Source: an uncultured Bacteroidales bacterium (GTDB lineage Bacteria; Bacteroidota; Bacteroidia; Bacteroidales; Paludibacteraceae). From it: a DNA stretch of 38,926 nt. Below the pieces are notes generated by a model. It saw only the letters and a list, made by a program, of their open reading frames with translations, was not told the origin of the DNA and ran no database searches. Numbering within the stretch: position 1 is the stretch's first letter; the number at the start of each line of letters is the position of its first letter. A program made the translations under genes and the position numbers. Where the stretch lies: NCBI GenBank assembly GCA_946184195.1, contig CAMHEP010000001.1:1-38926 (forward strand), given 5' to 3'. Positions 18,247 through 27,325 of this stretch are shown here, one piece after another.

Positions 18247-19390
18247 TAGCAGGACCTTCCCCTAAGTCTGCCGGCAGAGGCAGGCGTTCTATTTTCTTTT
18301 TCAAGAAACGTTCTATTTTCGTGAAGAAACGTCTATCCTCCTCACTGACGAGGGTCACTGCCTCACCTTTGTTTTCCGCACGGGCGGTACGTCCTATCCG
18401 GTGGACGTAATCCTCCGGGTCACGAGGCACATCAAAATTAATGACCAGCGGTATATCGTCTACGTCGATACCACGAGCGACAATGTCTGTAGCAACCAGG
18501 ATATCCACCTTACCATTGCGGAAATCGAGCATCACCTCGTCGCGCTCACGTTGCTCGAGATCGCTATGCATCGGGCGGGCGTCTAAGCCCTTGCGACTAA
18601 GTGAACGGGCAAGGTCCTTCACCCGCTGTTTCTTACCGGCAAAGAGAATGACTTTTTTGAGGTCACGTCCCTCCAACAGGTGTTCCACCATTCCTACTTT
18701 CTGTCCCTCGTACAGGTCGACCGCCATCTGATGAATAGACTCCGGCGGACGGGATATAGCAATCCGTACCTCCTCGGGGTCACGCATGATAGCCTTTGCC
18801 ATGCGGCGTATGTTATCCGGCATCGTGGCAGAGAAAAGTATGGTCTGACGATCCTTTGGCAGTCTTTTGACAATGGTCATGATGTCGTCGTAGAAGCCCA
18901 TGTCGAGCATACGGTCAGCTTCGTCGAGGATAAAATACTTCACACCGGAGAAGTCGATATCGTAGATGTTCATCAGCGAGAGCAATCGTCCCGGTGTTGC
19001 AATAACGATGTCAGCACCGCGTAGCAGTCCATTGGTCTGCGTTCCCCACGCACCGCCGTCATTGCCGCCGTAGACGGGTACGGAAGAGAAGGGCACATAG
19101 TAGCCGAATCCCTCCATCTGCTGGTCGATTTGCTGGGCAAGTTCGCGAGTGGGGGCCATGATGATGGCGTTGAGACGTTCCGAGTCGTGGTTATCGTACT
19201 CCAGATTAGTCAGTAGCGGCAATATATATGCAGCCGTTTTACCCGTGCCGGTCTGTGCACAGGATATCACGTCTTTGCCCTGTAGTATAACGGGGATGGT
19301 TTTTTCCTGAACGGGTGTGCACTCATCGAAGTGCATGTCCCATAATGCATCTAAAACCCCGTCGGATAGTGGTAGTTCGTCAAAAAACAT
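18152..19390 (-). CDS. DEAD-box ATP-dependent RNA helicase (RhlE-like) with a basic C-terminal tail
   Basis: 412 aa. Motifs AQTGTGKT, PTRELA, DEAD, SAT and HRIGRTAR. Arg/Ser/Gly-rich tail. The last 95 nt overlap the convergent methyltransferase gene. Confidence 0.9.
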   Translation of the reverse strand: MFFDELPLSDGVLDALWDMHFDECTPVQEKTIPVILQGKDVISCAQTGTGKTAAYILPLLTNLEYDNHDSERLNAIIMAPTRELAQQIDQQMEGFGYYVPFSSVPVYGGNDGGAWGTQTNGLLRGADIVIATPGRLLSLMNIYDIDFSGVKYFILDEADRMLDMGFYDDIMTIVKRLPKDRQTILFSATMPDNIRRMAKAIMRDPEEVRIAISRPPESIHQMAVDLYEGQKVGMVEHLLEGRDLKKVILFAGKKQRVKDLARSLSRKGLDARPMHSDLEQRERDEVMLDFRNGKVDILVATDIVARGIDVDDIPLVINFDVPRDPEDYVHRIGRTARAENKGEAVTLVSEEDRRFFTKIERFLKKKIERLPLPADLGEGPAITSDESATRSGKGYSGGSRHSSRNRGRHPRK

Positions 19391-19398
19391 TTACAGTA

Positions 19399-20988
19399 TT
19401 ATTTTTTTTCCCAGCCATCAAATACCTCACTCCCGTAGACATTGTCCTCATGAGGGTCATGTAGCGGGGTCCATATTTGTGCGAAGAAAGGGTTACGCTT
19501 AGCCTCTCTGTCCCACTGCCATGGCTGTGTTTTAGCAATCGGAGCCACTTTCAGTCGACTGATAGTCTGACTATTATATGGCCATGGGAAGCACTCCGGA
19601 CACCAATGTCCCCCCAGTAGGATAAGGCGTGGCGATGCCATGAAACGATGCCCCTCAGCACACTCCCATTCGAGGGGTGTATCCCAGTCGCCGCGTTGCA
19701 TGGTCTTACTCACGCACTTACCGCCACGGAAAGCAGCAGACTGCTGCATATCCTCGAGGGTGAAGTTCTCCATGGCTTTATGTTCATCATAGCCATGGTC
19801 CAAACGTTGAGCCTCTGCGCTGTTGTGCGAGAGGTCCATATGTTTCCAGTCGGGGATAGCACGGTATGCCTCCATGCTGCCGTAATAGGCGGCTATACGC
19901 TTGCATGCCCGTTCTTTGTCCTTGGTACTTTGTCCCTTGGTACTTTGTCTAATCCACCATTGTGTCCCGTGCTCCTTAGACATCGCCATAGCGTACATGG
20001 CGAGTTTCACGATATGCGGGAAGAGTTTGGCTATCTTGGTCTTGCCGGCTAAGCGTATGCCGACGGGAACATCAGGCGACTGAGCCAATTGGCGGAAGTA
20101 GTCCTTTATAGGCACGTTAGCACGGAAGTGGAGGTAGTTCTCCAGCACGTCACCGTCCATATACCACATGCCATGGAAATTGCGTGTGGTGAACCATTTG
20201 GTCTCGAAGATACGTTCGGGCTTGGGACACCCTATAGCATCCAGTAGTAGGCACTCAAACTCATAGTTGGATATACGGTATTGTTCTCCCGAGCCGATGT
20301 TGTAGTATCTGTTCCAGAATTCATCAGGCACCTCATCCCGGCAGACACGTTCAAGCAGTCGTCCGCTATCCTCGACGGTAGCCCACTCGAGCACACCACG
20401 GATGGGAACATGGAACATGATAGGGTCATAGTTCTTGAGGATAGCGGGATAGAGGATGCCTGATTGCCGGAGGCTGACCCAATGTTTGATGGGGGAGCCG
20501 GTAATGAGCCGTTCAGCCCATGCCTTGGTGATACCATAGTGGTCGTAGGCAGAGACGCATATCGGATCGCCGGCACGTCCCCAATGTAGCGGTTCTCGTC
20601 GGTCTCCCATCTGCGCTACCGAACCTATATAGACCACCTTCGGTTGACGGTCATCGGGTTGTGCCAGGACGGCATCACGGACGTACATAGCTGCGGAGAT
20701 ATTCGTACGACAAGTAGCATCGGGGCGATAATCAGCCTGCGGAGAGACCATACCTCCCACGTGCAACACTATATCGCTGCCGGTGACACCCCGCAACACG
20801 TCCTCATAGCGTGTGAGGTCTCCCCATACGAGTTCGAGTTTATCCATGTAGGGAGCCAGTTTCGCCTTGTTCTTTTTGCTTGGACGTGCTAATATCCTGA
20901 GTCGATAGCGGTCAGGGTAGCGTAGAATCTCCTGCACACCTGCCCAACCCATGGTTCCGGTAGCACCGGTCATAAAAACGGTTTTCAT
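19399..20988 (-). CDS. Extended SDR / NAD-dependent epimerase-dehydratase family protein with a ~200-aa C-terminal extension containing a Cys/His zinc-ribbon-like motif
   Basis: 529 aa. N-terminal Rossmann MTGATGTMG. The C-terminal region has WECAEGHRF...GGHWCPEC. Function is not assignable from the sequence. Confidence 0.7.
   Translation of the reverse strand: MKTVFMTGATGTMGWAGVQEILRYPDRYRLRILARPSKKNKAKLAPYMDKLELVWGDLTRYEDVLRGVTGSDIVLHVGGMVSPQADYRPDATCRTNISAAMYVRDAVLAQPDDRQPKVVYIGSVAQMGDRREPLHWGRAGDPICVSAYDHYGITKAWAERLITGSPIKHWVSLRQSGILYPAILKNYDPIMFHVPIRGVLEWATVEDSGRLLERVCRDEVPDEFWNRYYNIGSGEQYRISNYEFECLLLDAIGCPKPERIFETKWFTTRNFHGMWYMDGDVLENYLHFRANVPIKDYFRQLAQSPDVPVGIRLAGKTKIAKLFPHIVKLAMYAMAMSKEHGTQWWIRQSTKGQSTKDKERACKRIAAYYGSMEAYRAIPDWKHMDLSHNSAEAQRLDHGYDEHKAMENFTLEDMQQSAAFRGGKCVSKTMQRGDWDTPLEWECAEGHRFMASPRLILLGGHWCPECFPWPYNSQTISRLKVAPIAKTQPWQWDREAKRNPFFAQIWTPLHDPHEDNVYGSEVFDGWEKK
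19920..19949 (-). repeat. Perfect 15-nt tandem duplication inside the SDR gene
   Basis: The plus-strand unit ccttggtactttgtc occurs twice in tandem (19920-19934, 19935-19949). It encodes QSTKG-QSTKD in frame. The unit differs by 1 nt from units of the array at 20990-21094. Confidence 0.9.
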
Positions 20989-20989
20989 G

Positions 20990-21094
20990 CTTCAGTCTTG
21001 TTTTCTTCTGTGTTATTTACTTCGGTTCTGGGTACTTGGTACTTCGTCCCTTGGTCCTTTGTCCCTTCGTCCCCTCTCCTTTCGTACTTTCTCC
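20990..21094 (-). repeat. Seven tandem units with an exact 15-nt period, decaying toward the SDR start codon
   Basis: Minus-strand units: GGAGAAAGTACGAAA / GGAGAGGGGACGAAG / GGACAAAGGACCAAG / GGACGAAGTACCAAG / TACCCAGAACCGAAG / TAAATAACACAGAAG / AAAACAAGACTGAAG, then C-ATG (start at 20988). The array spans the last 26 codons plus the stop of the antiporter gene. Confidence 0.8.
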
Positions 21095-22689
21095 AATACT
21101 CTTTTCCATCTGGAGCGGGCAAAGACGCCGGTATGGTGCAGGAGGAGAAGCCCCCAGTGTTCGAGGATATGTTCTTCCTCATCCTCTATCTCCTGAACGA
21201 CCTTACTGGCATTATTATCGCTGATGATGAGCAGCTGGTCACCCACCTGCAACTGGGTGTCTCCCCGAGGCACAAAGAAATTATCTCCTCGTCGAACCAT
21301 GATGACGAGGGTATGCTTGGGTATGACTATATCCATCAGTCTGTCTCCGTTAGCAAGCAGGTTCTCGGTCACCTGACTTTCCCATGCCGATGACTCGACA
21401 TCCTCGGGTAAGTCGATATCGAAGTATACGAGTCTATGCTCTTCTTCGGCGGGCAGGGACAGTTTCAGTTTTCCTGCCAGCCAATTGATGGATGTTCCCT
21501 GTACCAATAGGGAGAGCAGTGTGCAGAAGAATACTACGTTAAACAGGAAACCGGCATGTGGTACATCGTTAGCCATACACAGGATGGCGAAGATGATAGG
21601 CACGGCTCCTTTAAGTCCGACCCATGAGAGGAACAAACGGTCACGCTGGTGAAACTGTTTATTGTAGGGCAGCATGCACAGGATGACTGATAACGGTCGG
21701 GCAAAGAATATCATCACGACTGAGATGAAGATGCCGGACATCCATACTGCCGGACGGAGCAGTTCGTGCGGGTGTACCATGAGACCGAGCATGAGGAACA
21801 TGAGCAGTTGACAAAGCCATGAGAGAGCGTTGAAGAAACTCTTGGTTTGGCGTTTCTTGGTGAACTTGCTATTCCCGATGATGAGTCCTCCTATATAAAC
21901 GGCGAGGTAGGGATTACCTGCCAGATAATAGGTGACGGCGAAGATGAAGATACAGGCGGAGAATACCATGATGGGATAGAGCGCATCATTGGTAAAACGA
22001 GTACGTTTGAGCAGTTCGACCACCACCTTCCCAAAGGCGAATCCGATAACGGCTCCCATGACGAGTTGTACAGCCACAGTCTGGATGATATATACAGCAC
22101 TCACTTTAGCACCTCCTGTCACCACACCGATGAGTGTGACGGTGAGGATATACGCCATGGGATCGTTGGCGCCGGACTCCAGTTCCAACAAGGGGCGCAG
22201 ATTATGTTTGAGTCGCACACCGTTAGTGCGTAATATGGAGAAGACGCTGGCGCTGTCTGTAGAAGACATGGTGGAGGCGATGAGCAGGGCCATCCATATA
22301 CTCAGTCCTGCAGCCGCGTGAAACCATCCTGCGATGAAATAAAGCAGTACCCCTGTGAAAGTAGCCGTGAGGAGTACCCCCAATGTAGCCAACGTGATTC
22401 CCGGAGCCATGACGAGTTGTATATCCGCCATCTTGGTGTCCAGTCCGCCGGAGAAGAGGATGACACAGAGCGAGATGGTACCGATAGCCTGTGCAGCACC
22501 GATGCTGAGAACAGCGGTAGAGCCGTGTGCCGAAGCAAGTGCTCTCCCTAAGCCATCGGGGCCGAAGATCATACCGACAGCAAGGAAAAGCAGCAGGGCC
22601 GGTACGCCCAGACGATAACCAATCTTATCTGTGAAGATGCTGGCAAAGAAGAGCAGGGATAATATGAGCAGCACTAATTCTACTTCCAT
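21013..22689 (-). CDS. Monovalent cation (K+/Na+):H+ antiporter, CPA1/NhaP2-like, with C-terminal TrkA-C (RCK_C)-like domain
   Basis: 558 aa. About 12-13 TM helices followed by a soluble domain (LVIMVRRGDNFFVPRGDTQLQVGDQLLIISD). The last ~26 aa are encoded by the 15-nt array, so the true C-terminus is uncertain. Confidence 0.82.
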   Translation of the reverse strand: MEVELVLLILSLLFFASIFTDKIGYRLGVPALLLFLAVGMIFGPDGLGRALASAHGSTAVLSIGAAQAIGTISLCVILFSGGLDTKMADIQLVMAPGITLATLGVLLTATFTGVLLYFIAGWFHAAAGLSIWMALLIASTMSSTDSASVFSILRTNGVRLKHNLRPLLELESGANDPMAYILTVTLIGVVTGGAKVSAVYIIQTVAVQLVMGAVIGFAFGKVVVELLKRTRFTNDALYPIMVFSACIFIFAVTYYLAGNPYLAVYIGGLIIGNSKFTKKRQTKSFFNALSWLCQLLMFLMLGLMVHPHELLRPAVWMSGIFISVVMIFFARPLSVILCMLPYNKQFHQRDRLFLSWVGLKGAVPIIFAILCMANDVPHAGFLFNVVFFCTLLSLLVQGTSINWLAGKLKLSLPAEEEHRLVYFDIDLPEDVESSAWESQVTENLLANGDRLMDIVIPKHTLVIMVRRGDNFFVPRGDTQLQVGDQLLIISDNNASKVVQEIEDEEEHILEHWGLLLLHHTGVFARSRWKRVLEKVRKERGRRDKGPRDEVPSTQNRSK

Positions 22690-22694
22690 CGCTC

Positions 22695-23153
22695 TTACAG
22701 TTTCTTGATGAGAGACTTGGTGTTAGCGGTAGGACGTTTGTTGCCCAATAGGAACTCGTCGATTATCTCGATAATCTTCTCCTTCGGATAGAGCCCTTTG
22801 AGCAGGATAGGCTGTCCGCTTGTAGGGATATAGAGAACCTGTGGTATGCTATTTATTTGGAAGATATAGGCGAGTTCTCTTTCCCGTTCGGTGTCGGCCT
22901 TGTAGAAGAGCACTTTGTCCTTGTACGTCTCACTGAGTTCATCCATGATAGGAGCCAAGCGTTTGCATGGGCCGCACCAGGTGGTGTAGAAATCGATGAC
23001 GACGGGTTTATTACCGAGGAAGTTCCACGTGGAGTCGACGCGATAATTGACTATGGTCCGGCAGAAACTATCCTGCGTGATATACTTTACCTCGCCCTGC
23101 ATGGTAGCAGCTATCACAGCGAGGAGGAAGACTAATACATAACCTTTTTTCAT
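22695..23153 (-). CDS. Secreted/periplasmic thioredoxin-family protein
   Basis: 152 aa. N-terminal signal peptide (MKKGYVLVFLLAVIAATMQG) and WCGPC active site. Confidence 0.85.
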   Translation of the reverse strand: MKKGYVLVFLLAVIAATMQGEVKYITQDSFCRTIVNYRVDSTWNFLGNKPVVIDFYTTWCGPCKRLAPIMDELSETYKDKVLFYKADTERERELAYIFQINSIPQVLYIPTSGQPILLKGLYPKEKIIEIIDEFLLGNKRPTANTKSLIKKL

Positions 23154-23175
23154 ACACTAATATCTATTGCGCCTG

Positions 23176-23183
23176 CAAATGTA
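23176..23183 (-). promoter_or_regulatory. -7 box TACATTTG (minus strand) for the thioredoxin-antiporter-SDR-helicase operon
   Basis: The plus-strand sequence caaatgta is the reverse complement of TACATTTG. It lies 23 nt upstream of the ATG at 23153 and inside the left arm of the 32-nt inverted repeat. Confidence 0.55.
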
Positions 23184-23379
23184 CGACAAATAATCCGAAT
23201 ATGCAAGATTTAGGCTGCAAAAACTACGAAATGCTTGCATTTAGATAAGTTTATGCAGACTAAAGATTGTTGTTCGCACTATCCTGCGAACAACAAGTAT
23301 TGAAACGCATTTTCTTTTAGATAAGCAAGCTTTTCACATAAAATTCGTTTCAATCCTTGCATATTCGGATTATTTGTAG

Positions 23380-23387
23380 TACATTTG
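23380..23387 (+). promoter_or_regulatory. -7 box TACATTTG for lepA
   Basis: Exact TAnnTTTG match 42 nt upstream of the lepA ATG at 23429, inside the right arm of the inverted repeat. Confidence 0.55.
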
Positions 23388-23428
23388 TAGCCGATTTTGA
23401 CAATCAGACAATCAATTGTTCTTCGTCT

Positions 23429-25204
23429 ATGGACAAAATACGAAATTTCTGCATCATTGCACATATCGACCACGGCAAGAGTACGCTCGCCGACCGAATG
23501 CTGGAGCTGACCGACACCGTCGACAAGCGCGACATGGAGAATCAGGTACTGGACGATATGGACCTCGAGAAGGAACGCGGTATCACCATCAAGAGTCACG
23601 CCATACAGATGAACCACAAGGGGTTCACCCTCAACCTCATTGACACGCCGGGGCATGTGGACTTCAGCTACGAGGTCAGCCGCAGCATCGCCGCCTGTGA
23701 GGGAGCGCTGCTTGTGGTAGACGCCACCCAGGGTGTTCAGGCGCAGACCATCAGTAACCTCTATATGGCGCTTGACCACGACCTCGAGATTATCCCCGTC
23801 ATGAACAAGTGCGATATGGACTCCGCCATGCCCGACATGGTGGAGGACGAGATAGTCGACCTTTTGGGGTGCCGACGCGAGGAGATACTGCGCTGCTCCG
23901 CCAAGACGGGCGAGGGCGTAGAAGCCATCCTCGACGCTATCATCGACCGTATTCCCGCTCCACAAGGCGACAAAGAGGCGCCCTTGCAGTGCCTTGTCTT
24001 CGACTCCGTATTCAACTCCTTCCGAGGTATCATCGCCTACTTCAAAGTCGTCAACGGCACCATCCGCACGGGTGACCGCGTGCGGTTCTTCAACACCGGC
24101 AAGGAGTACGACGCCGACGAGATAGGCGTGCTCAAGCTCGACATGCAGCCTACACGCGAGCTGTCCGCCGGCAATGTGGGCTATATCATCTCCGGCATCA
24201 AGACATCCACCGAGGTCAAAGTGGGTGACACCATCACTCATGTGGCACGACCCTGCACAAAAGCCATCGACGGTTTCCAAGAAGCCAAACCCATGGTCTT
24301 CGCCGGCGTCTACCCCATCGAGGCGGAGGACTACGAGGACCTGCGTGCCAGCCTTGAGAAACTGCAACTCAACGACGCCAGCCTCACCTTCCAACCCGAG
24401 AGCTCCGTAGCACTCGGTTTCGGCTTCCGATGCGGGTTCCTCGGGTTGCTGCACATGGAGATTATACAGGAGCGGCTGGACCGCGAGTTCGACATGAACG
24501 TCATCACCACCGTCCCCAACGTGAGTTACAAAGTGTACACCAAGGACGGCGGCATGAAGGAGGTACACAACCCCGCCGGCATGCCCGACCTCACGGAGAT
24601 AGACCATATCGAGGAACCCTACATACGTGCCTCTATCATCACCACAAGCAATTACATAGGAAACATCATGACCCTATGCCTCGACAAGCGCGGCGAACTC
24701 GTCAAACAGGAATATATCTCCGGCAACCGCATGGAACTGCTTTTCGATATGCCGCTCGGCGAGATAGTCATCGACTTCTATGACAAACTCAAGTCCATCA
24801 GCAAAGGCTACGCCTCCTTCGATTGGCACCAGAACGGCTTCCGCCCCTCCAACCTCGTCAAACTCGATATTCTCCTCAACGGCGAGCAAGTCGATGCGCT
24901 CTCTACGCTCACACATCGCGACAACGCCGTGGATTTCGGACGACGTATGTGCGAGAAACTCAAGGAACTGCTGCCCCGTCAGCAGTTCGACATAGCCATC
25001 CAAGCTGCCATCGGTGCCAAGATCATCGCCCGTGAGACCGTCAAGCAGGTGCGCAAGGATGTGCTCGCCAAATGCTACGGCGGTGACGTCAGCCGTAAAC
25101 GCAAACTGCTCGAGAAACAGAAACGCGGTAAGAAACGTATGAAACAGATCGGTAACGTCGAAGTGCCCCAGAAAGCCTTCCTCGCCGTGCTTAAATTAGA
25201 TTAA
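23429..25204 (+). CDS. lepA: Translation elongation factor 4 (LepA)
   Basis: [26 protein letters not shown] (G1), DTPGHVDF (G3), NKCD (G4), and a LepA-type C-terminal domain ending [10 protein letters not shown]. The ATG at 23429 is preferred to the upstream ATG at 23357, which lies upstream of the promoter box. Confidence 0.96.
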   Translation: MDKIRNFCIIAHIDHGKSTLADRMLELTDTVDKRDMENQVLDDMDLEKERGITIKSHAIQMNHKGFTLNLIDTPGHVDFSYEVSRSIAACEGALLVVDATQGVQAQTISNLYMALDHDLEIIPVMNKCDMDSAMPDMVEDEIVDLLGCRREEILRCSAKTGEGVEAILDAIIDRIPAPQGDKEAPLQCLVFDSVFNSFRGIIAYFKVVNGTIRTGDRVRFFNTGKEYDADEIGVLKLDMQPTRELSAGNVGYIISGIKTSTEVKVGDTITHVARPCTKAIDGFQEAKPMVFAGVYPIEAEDYEDLRASLEKLQLNDASLTFQPESSVALGFGFRCGFLGLLHMEIIQERLDREFDMNVITTVPNVSYKVYTKDGGMKEVHNPAGMPDLTEIDHIEEPYIRASIITTSNYIGNIMTLCLDKRGELVKQEYISGNRMELLFDMPLGEIVIDFYDKLKSISKGYASFDWHQNGFRPSNLVKLDILLNGEQVDALSTLTHRDNAVDFGRRMCEKLKELLPRQQFDIAIQAAIGAKIIARETVKQVRKDVLAKCYGGDVSRKRKLLEKQKRGKKRMKQIGNVEVPQKAFLAVLKLD

Positions 25205-25277
25205 CTACTCGTGTGGAAAAATCGGGTGAGATGAGTGCAAAAATAGCCAACCGTTTGGATAAATCAACAAAAAACCT

Positions 25278-25285
25278 TATCTTTG
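25278..25285 (+). promoter_or_regulatory. -7 box TATCTTTG for the permease-dedA pair
   Basis: Exact TAnnTTTG match 40 nt upstream of the ATG at 25325. Confidence 0.5.
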
Positions 25286-25324
25286 CACCCGCAACAATAC
25301 AAAAACAATTAACACAATAACGTT

Positions 25325-26668
25325 ATGGAACAACTTGTACACTCAGCATGGTCAATGATTCCCTTTGGCCTCATGCTGCTGATGATTGCCGTGGGTCCGC
25401 TCGTAGTGGAACACTGGTGGGAAAGTAACCGTAACAAACTCATTGTCTCGATGATACTTGGTATCCCCGTAGCAATCTGTTTGATTATGGGCGGTATGGT
25501 ACACGAACTGGAGCACCAACTCTTCTTCGACTATGTGCCGTTTATCATCTTACTGCTTGCGCTCTTTGTCATCACAGGCGGTATACATTTCGAGGGAGAC
25601 CTAAAAGCCAAACCTATCGTCAATACCGGCATCTTGGGTTTAGGATGGATTCTCGCCTCCTTCATGGGTACAACCGGTGCCGCGATGCTGCTTATCCGTC
25701 CCCTCATCGAGACCAACAAACAGCGTGACTACAAGGTGCACACTATCCTCTTCTTCATCGCACTCGTGGCTAACTGCGGTGGACTGCTCACTCCGCTCGG
25801 CGACCCACCACTCTTCATGCTCTTCCTGCGCGGTGCACACTTCACATGGTTCATGCACCTCGCTCCCGAATGGGCCTTCACAGGACTCATCCTGCTCATG
25901 CTCTATTTCTGCATCGATACCTATTATTATAAGAAAGAGCACTGGACCAGCCTCAGCGCAGATGCCCGCGAAGCTACACCCATGGTCATCACCGGTAAGA
26001 TTAATTTCATCTACCTGCTCGGTGTTGTGCTGGCTGTCGCTTTCGTTAACGAAGGTACGATCCCCGTCATGGGTGAAGAAGATGCTCACCTATGGCTCAA
26101 GTATCTCCGCGAGATTGTGCTTGTCTCGCTCACACTGCTCAGTATCTACACCACCCGCAAACAGGTGCGTGAGGACAATAAATTCACATGGGCTCCTATC
26201 ATCGAGGTAGCCGTTCTCTTCCTCGGTATCTTCACGACCATGACTCCGGCATTGGCTTACCTCAAAGCACATGCTGCCGACCTCGGATTTACCCATGTTT
26301 GGCAGTTCTACTACTCCACTGGTGCCCTCTCTGCCTTCCTCGACAACACCCCGACAGCAGTCGCCTTCCACGGCGTGGCATCGGGTCTGCCCGAGAGCCT
26401 GGCTGCCGCTGACGCAGGAGTAGTGACAGGTATGTTCGGCGACACAAGTTTTGTCGCAGGTATCAACGAGGTGCTGCTCAAAGCTATCTCCATAGCTGCC
26501 GTCATGTTCGGCTCACTCACCTATATCGGCAATGGACCTAACTTCATGGTCAAGGCTATCGCTGAGGAGAGTGGCATTAAAATGCCGTCCTTCTTCGGTT
26601 ATATGCTCAAGTTCTCACTCATCATCCTCCTGCCGGTATTCATTCTGGTACAACTGATTTTCCTATAA
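25325..26668 (+). CDS. Ion-transporter-superfamily permease (ArsB/NhaD/CitMHS-like; usually annotated sodium:proton antiporter)
   Basis: 447 aa, ~11-12 TM helices, with segments such as GGLLTPLGDPPLFMLFLRG and LDNTPTAVAF. The family assignment comes from recognising these segments only. Confidence 0.65.
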   Translation: MEQLVHSAWSMIPFGLMLLMIAVGPLVVEHWWESNRNKLIVSMILGIPVAICLIMGGMVHELEHQLFFDYVPFIILLLALFVITGGIHFEGDLKAKPIVNTGILGLGWILASFMGTTGAAMLLIRPLIETNKQRDYKVHTILFFIALVANCGGLLTPLGDPPLFMLFLRGAHFTWFMHLAPEWAFTGLILLMLYFCIDTYYYKKEHWTSLSADAREATPMVITGKINFIYLLGVVLAVAFVNEGTIPVMGEEDAHLWLKYLREIVLVSLTLLSIYTTRKQVREDNKFTWAPIIEVAVLFLGIFTTMTPALAYLKAHAADLGFTHVWQFYYSTGALSAFLDNTPTAVAFHGVASGLPESLAAADAGVVTGMFGDTSFVAGINEVLLKAISIAAVMFGSLTYIGNGPNFMVKAIAEESGIKMPSFFGYMLKFSLIILLPVFILVQLIFL

Positions 26669-26672
26669 TCGA

Positions 26673-27323
26673 ATGAGCCTGATTGAACAAATCACAGCGT
26701 GGTATTCGGCGCATATGAACTATGCGTCGATTACTGCGCTTATGACTGTCGAGTCCTCTTTCATCCCCTTCCCCAGTGAGGTGGTCATTCCGCCTGCCGT
26801 CTATGTGGCAAGCGAACCGGCAAGCAGCCTCTGCGCTACCGGCAACTACCCCGTGGATGTACTGCTCATCGTCCTCTTCGGCACCATCGGTGCGATACTC
26901 GGTGCTGTCATCAACTATGGACTCAGCGTGTGGCTCGGACGACCCATCATCTATCGCTTCGCCGATAGTAAACTCGGACACCTCTGCCTGCTCAGCAGCG
27001 AGAAAATAGAGCAGGCAGAAGCCTATTTCCGCGAGAAAGGCAATATGTCCACCTTCATCGGACGCTTCATCCCGGGTATACGCCAACTCATCAGTATCCC
27101 CGCCGGACTGAGCCGTATGCACTTCGGGGCTTTCCTATGGTGGACCTTCCTTGGTGCTTTCTCGTGGAACTGCGTCTTGGCACTGCTCGGATACGTGGCA
27201 CACGGGCAAATGGACCTTATTAACAAATATAGCCACGAACTAAGCGTGGCTATACTCGTACTGCTCGCAGCAGTCATCCTTTTCTATTCCCTGCGCTGGC
27301 TCATACGTCGCCAACGCCGGTAA
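26673..27323 (+). CDS. dedA: DedA/VTT-domain family membrane protein
   Basis: 216 aa. ESSFIPFPSEVV and FIGRFIPGIRQLISIPAGLSRM are typical DedA segments. Lies 4 nt after the permease gene. Confidence 0.85.
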   Translation: MSLIEQITAWYSAHMNYASITALMTVESSFIPFPSEVVIPPAVYVASEPASSLCATGNYPVDVLLIVLFGTIGAILGAVINYGLSVWLGRPIIYRFADSKLGHLCLLSSEKIEQAEAYFREKGNMSTFIGRFIPGIRQLISIPAGLSRMHFGAFLWWTFLGAFSWNCVLALLGYVAHGQMDLINKYSHELSVAILVLLAAVILFYSLRWLIRRQRR

Positions 27324-27325
27324 GC

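Larger units (their letters stand above)
23176..23387. repeat. Nested concentric palindrome: 32-nt inverted repeat (1 mismatch) enclosing an 11-bp-stem hairpin on the same symmetry axis
   Basis: Left arm CAAATGTACGACAAATAATCCGAATATGCAAG (23176-23207). Right arm CTTGCATATTCGGATTATTTGTAGTACATTTG (23356-23387), which is the reverse complement apart from one base. Inner hairpin TTGTTGTTCGC-actatcct-GCGAACAACAA (23267-23296). Both structures are centred on 23281.5. Confidence 0.85.

Noticed and set aside
23279-24607. 442-aa ORF on the minus strand
   Set aside because: It is entirely antisense to lepA, whose GTPase motifs are unambiguous. Its product is a low-complexity V/G/D/H/E-rich sequence typical of a mirror-frame artefact of codon bias. 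No promoter box or recognisable motif.
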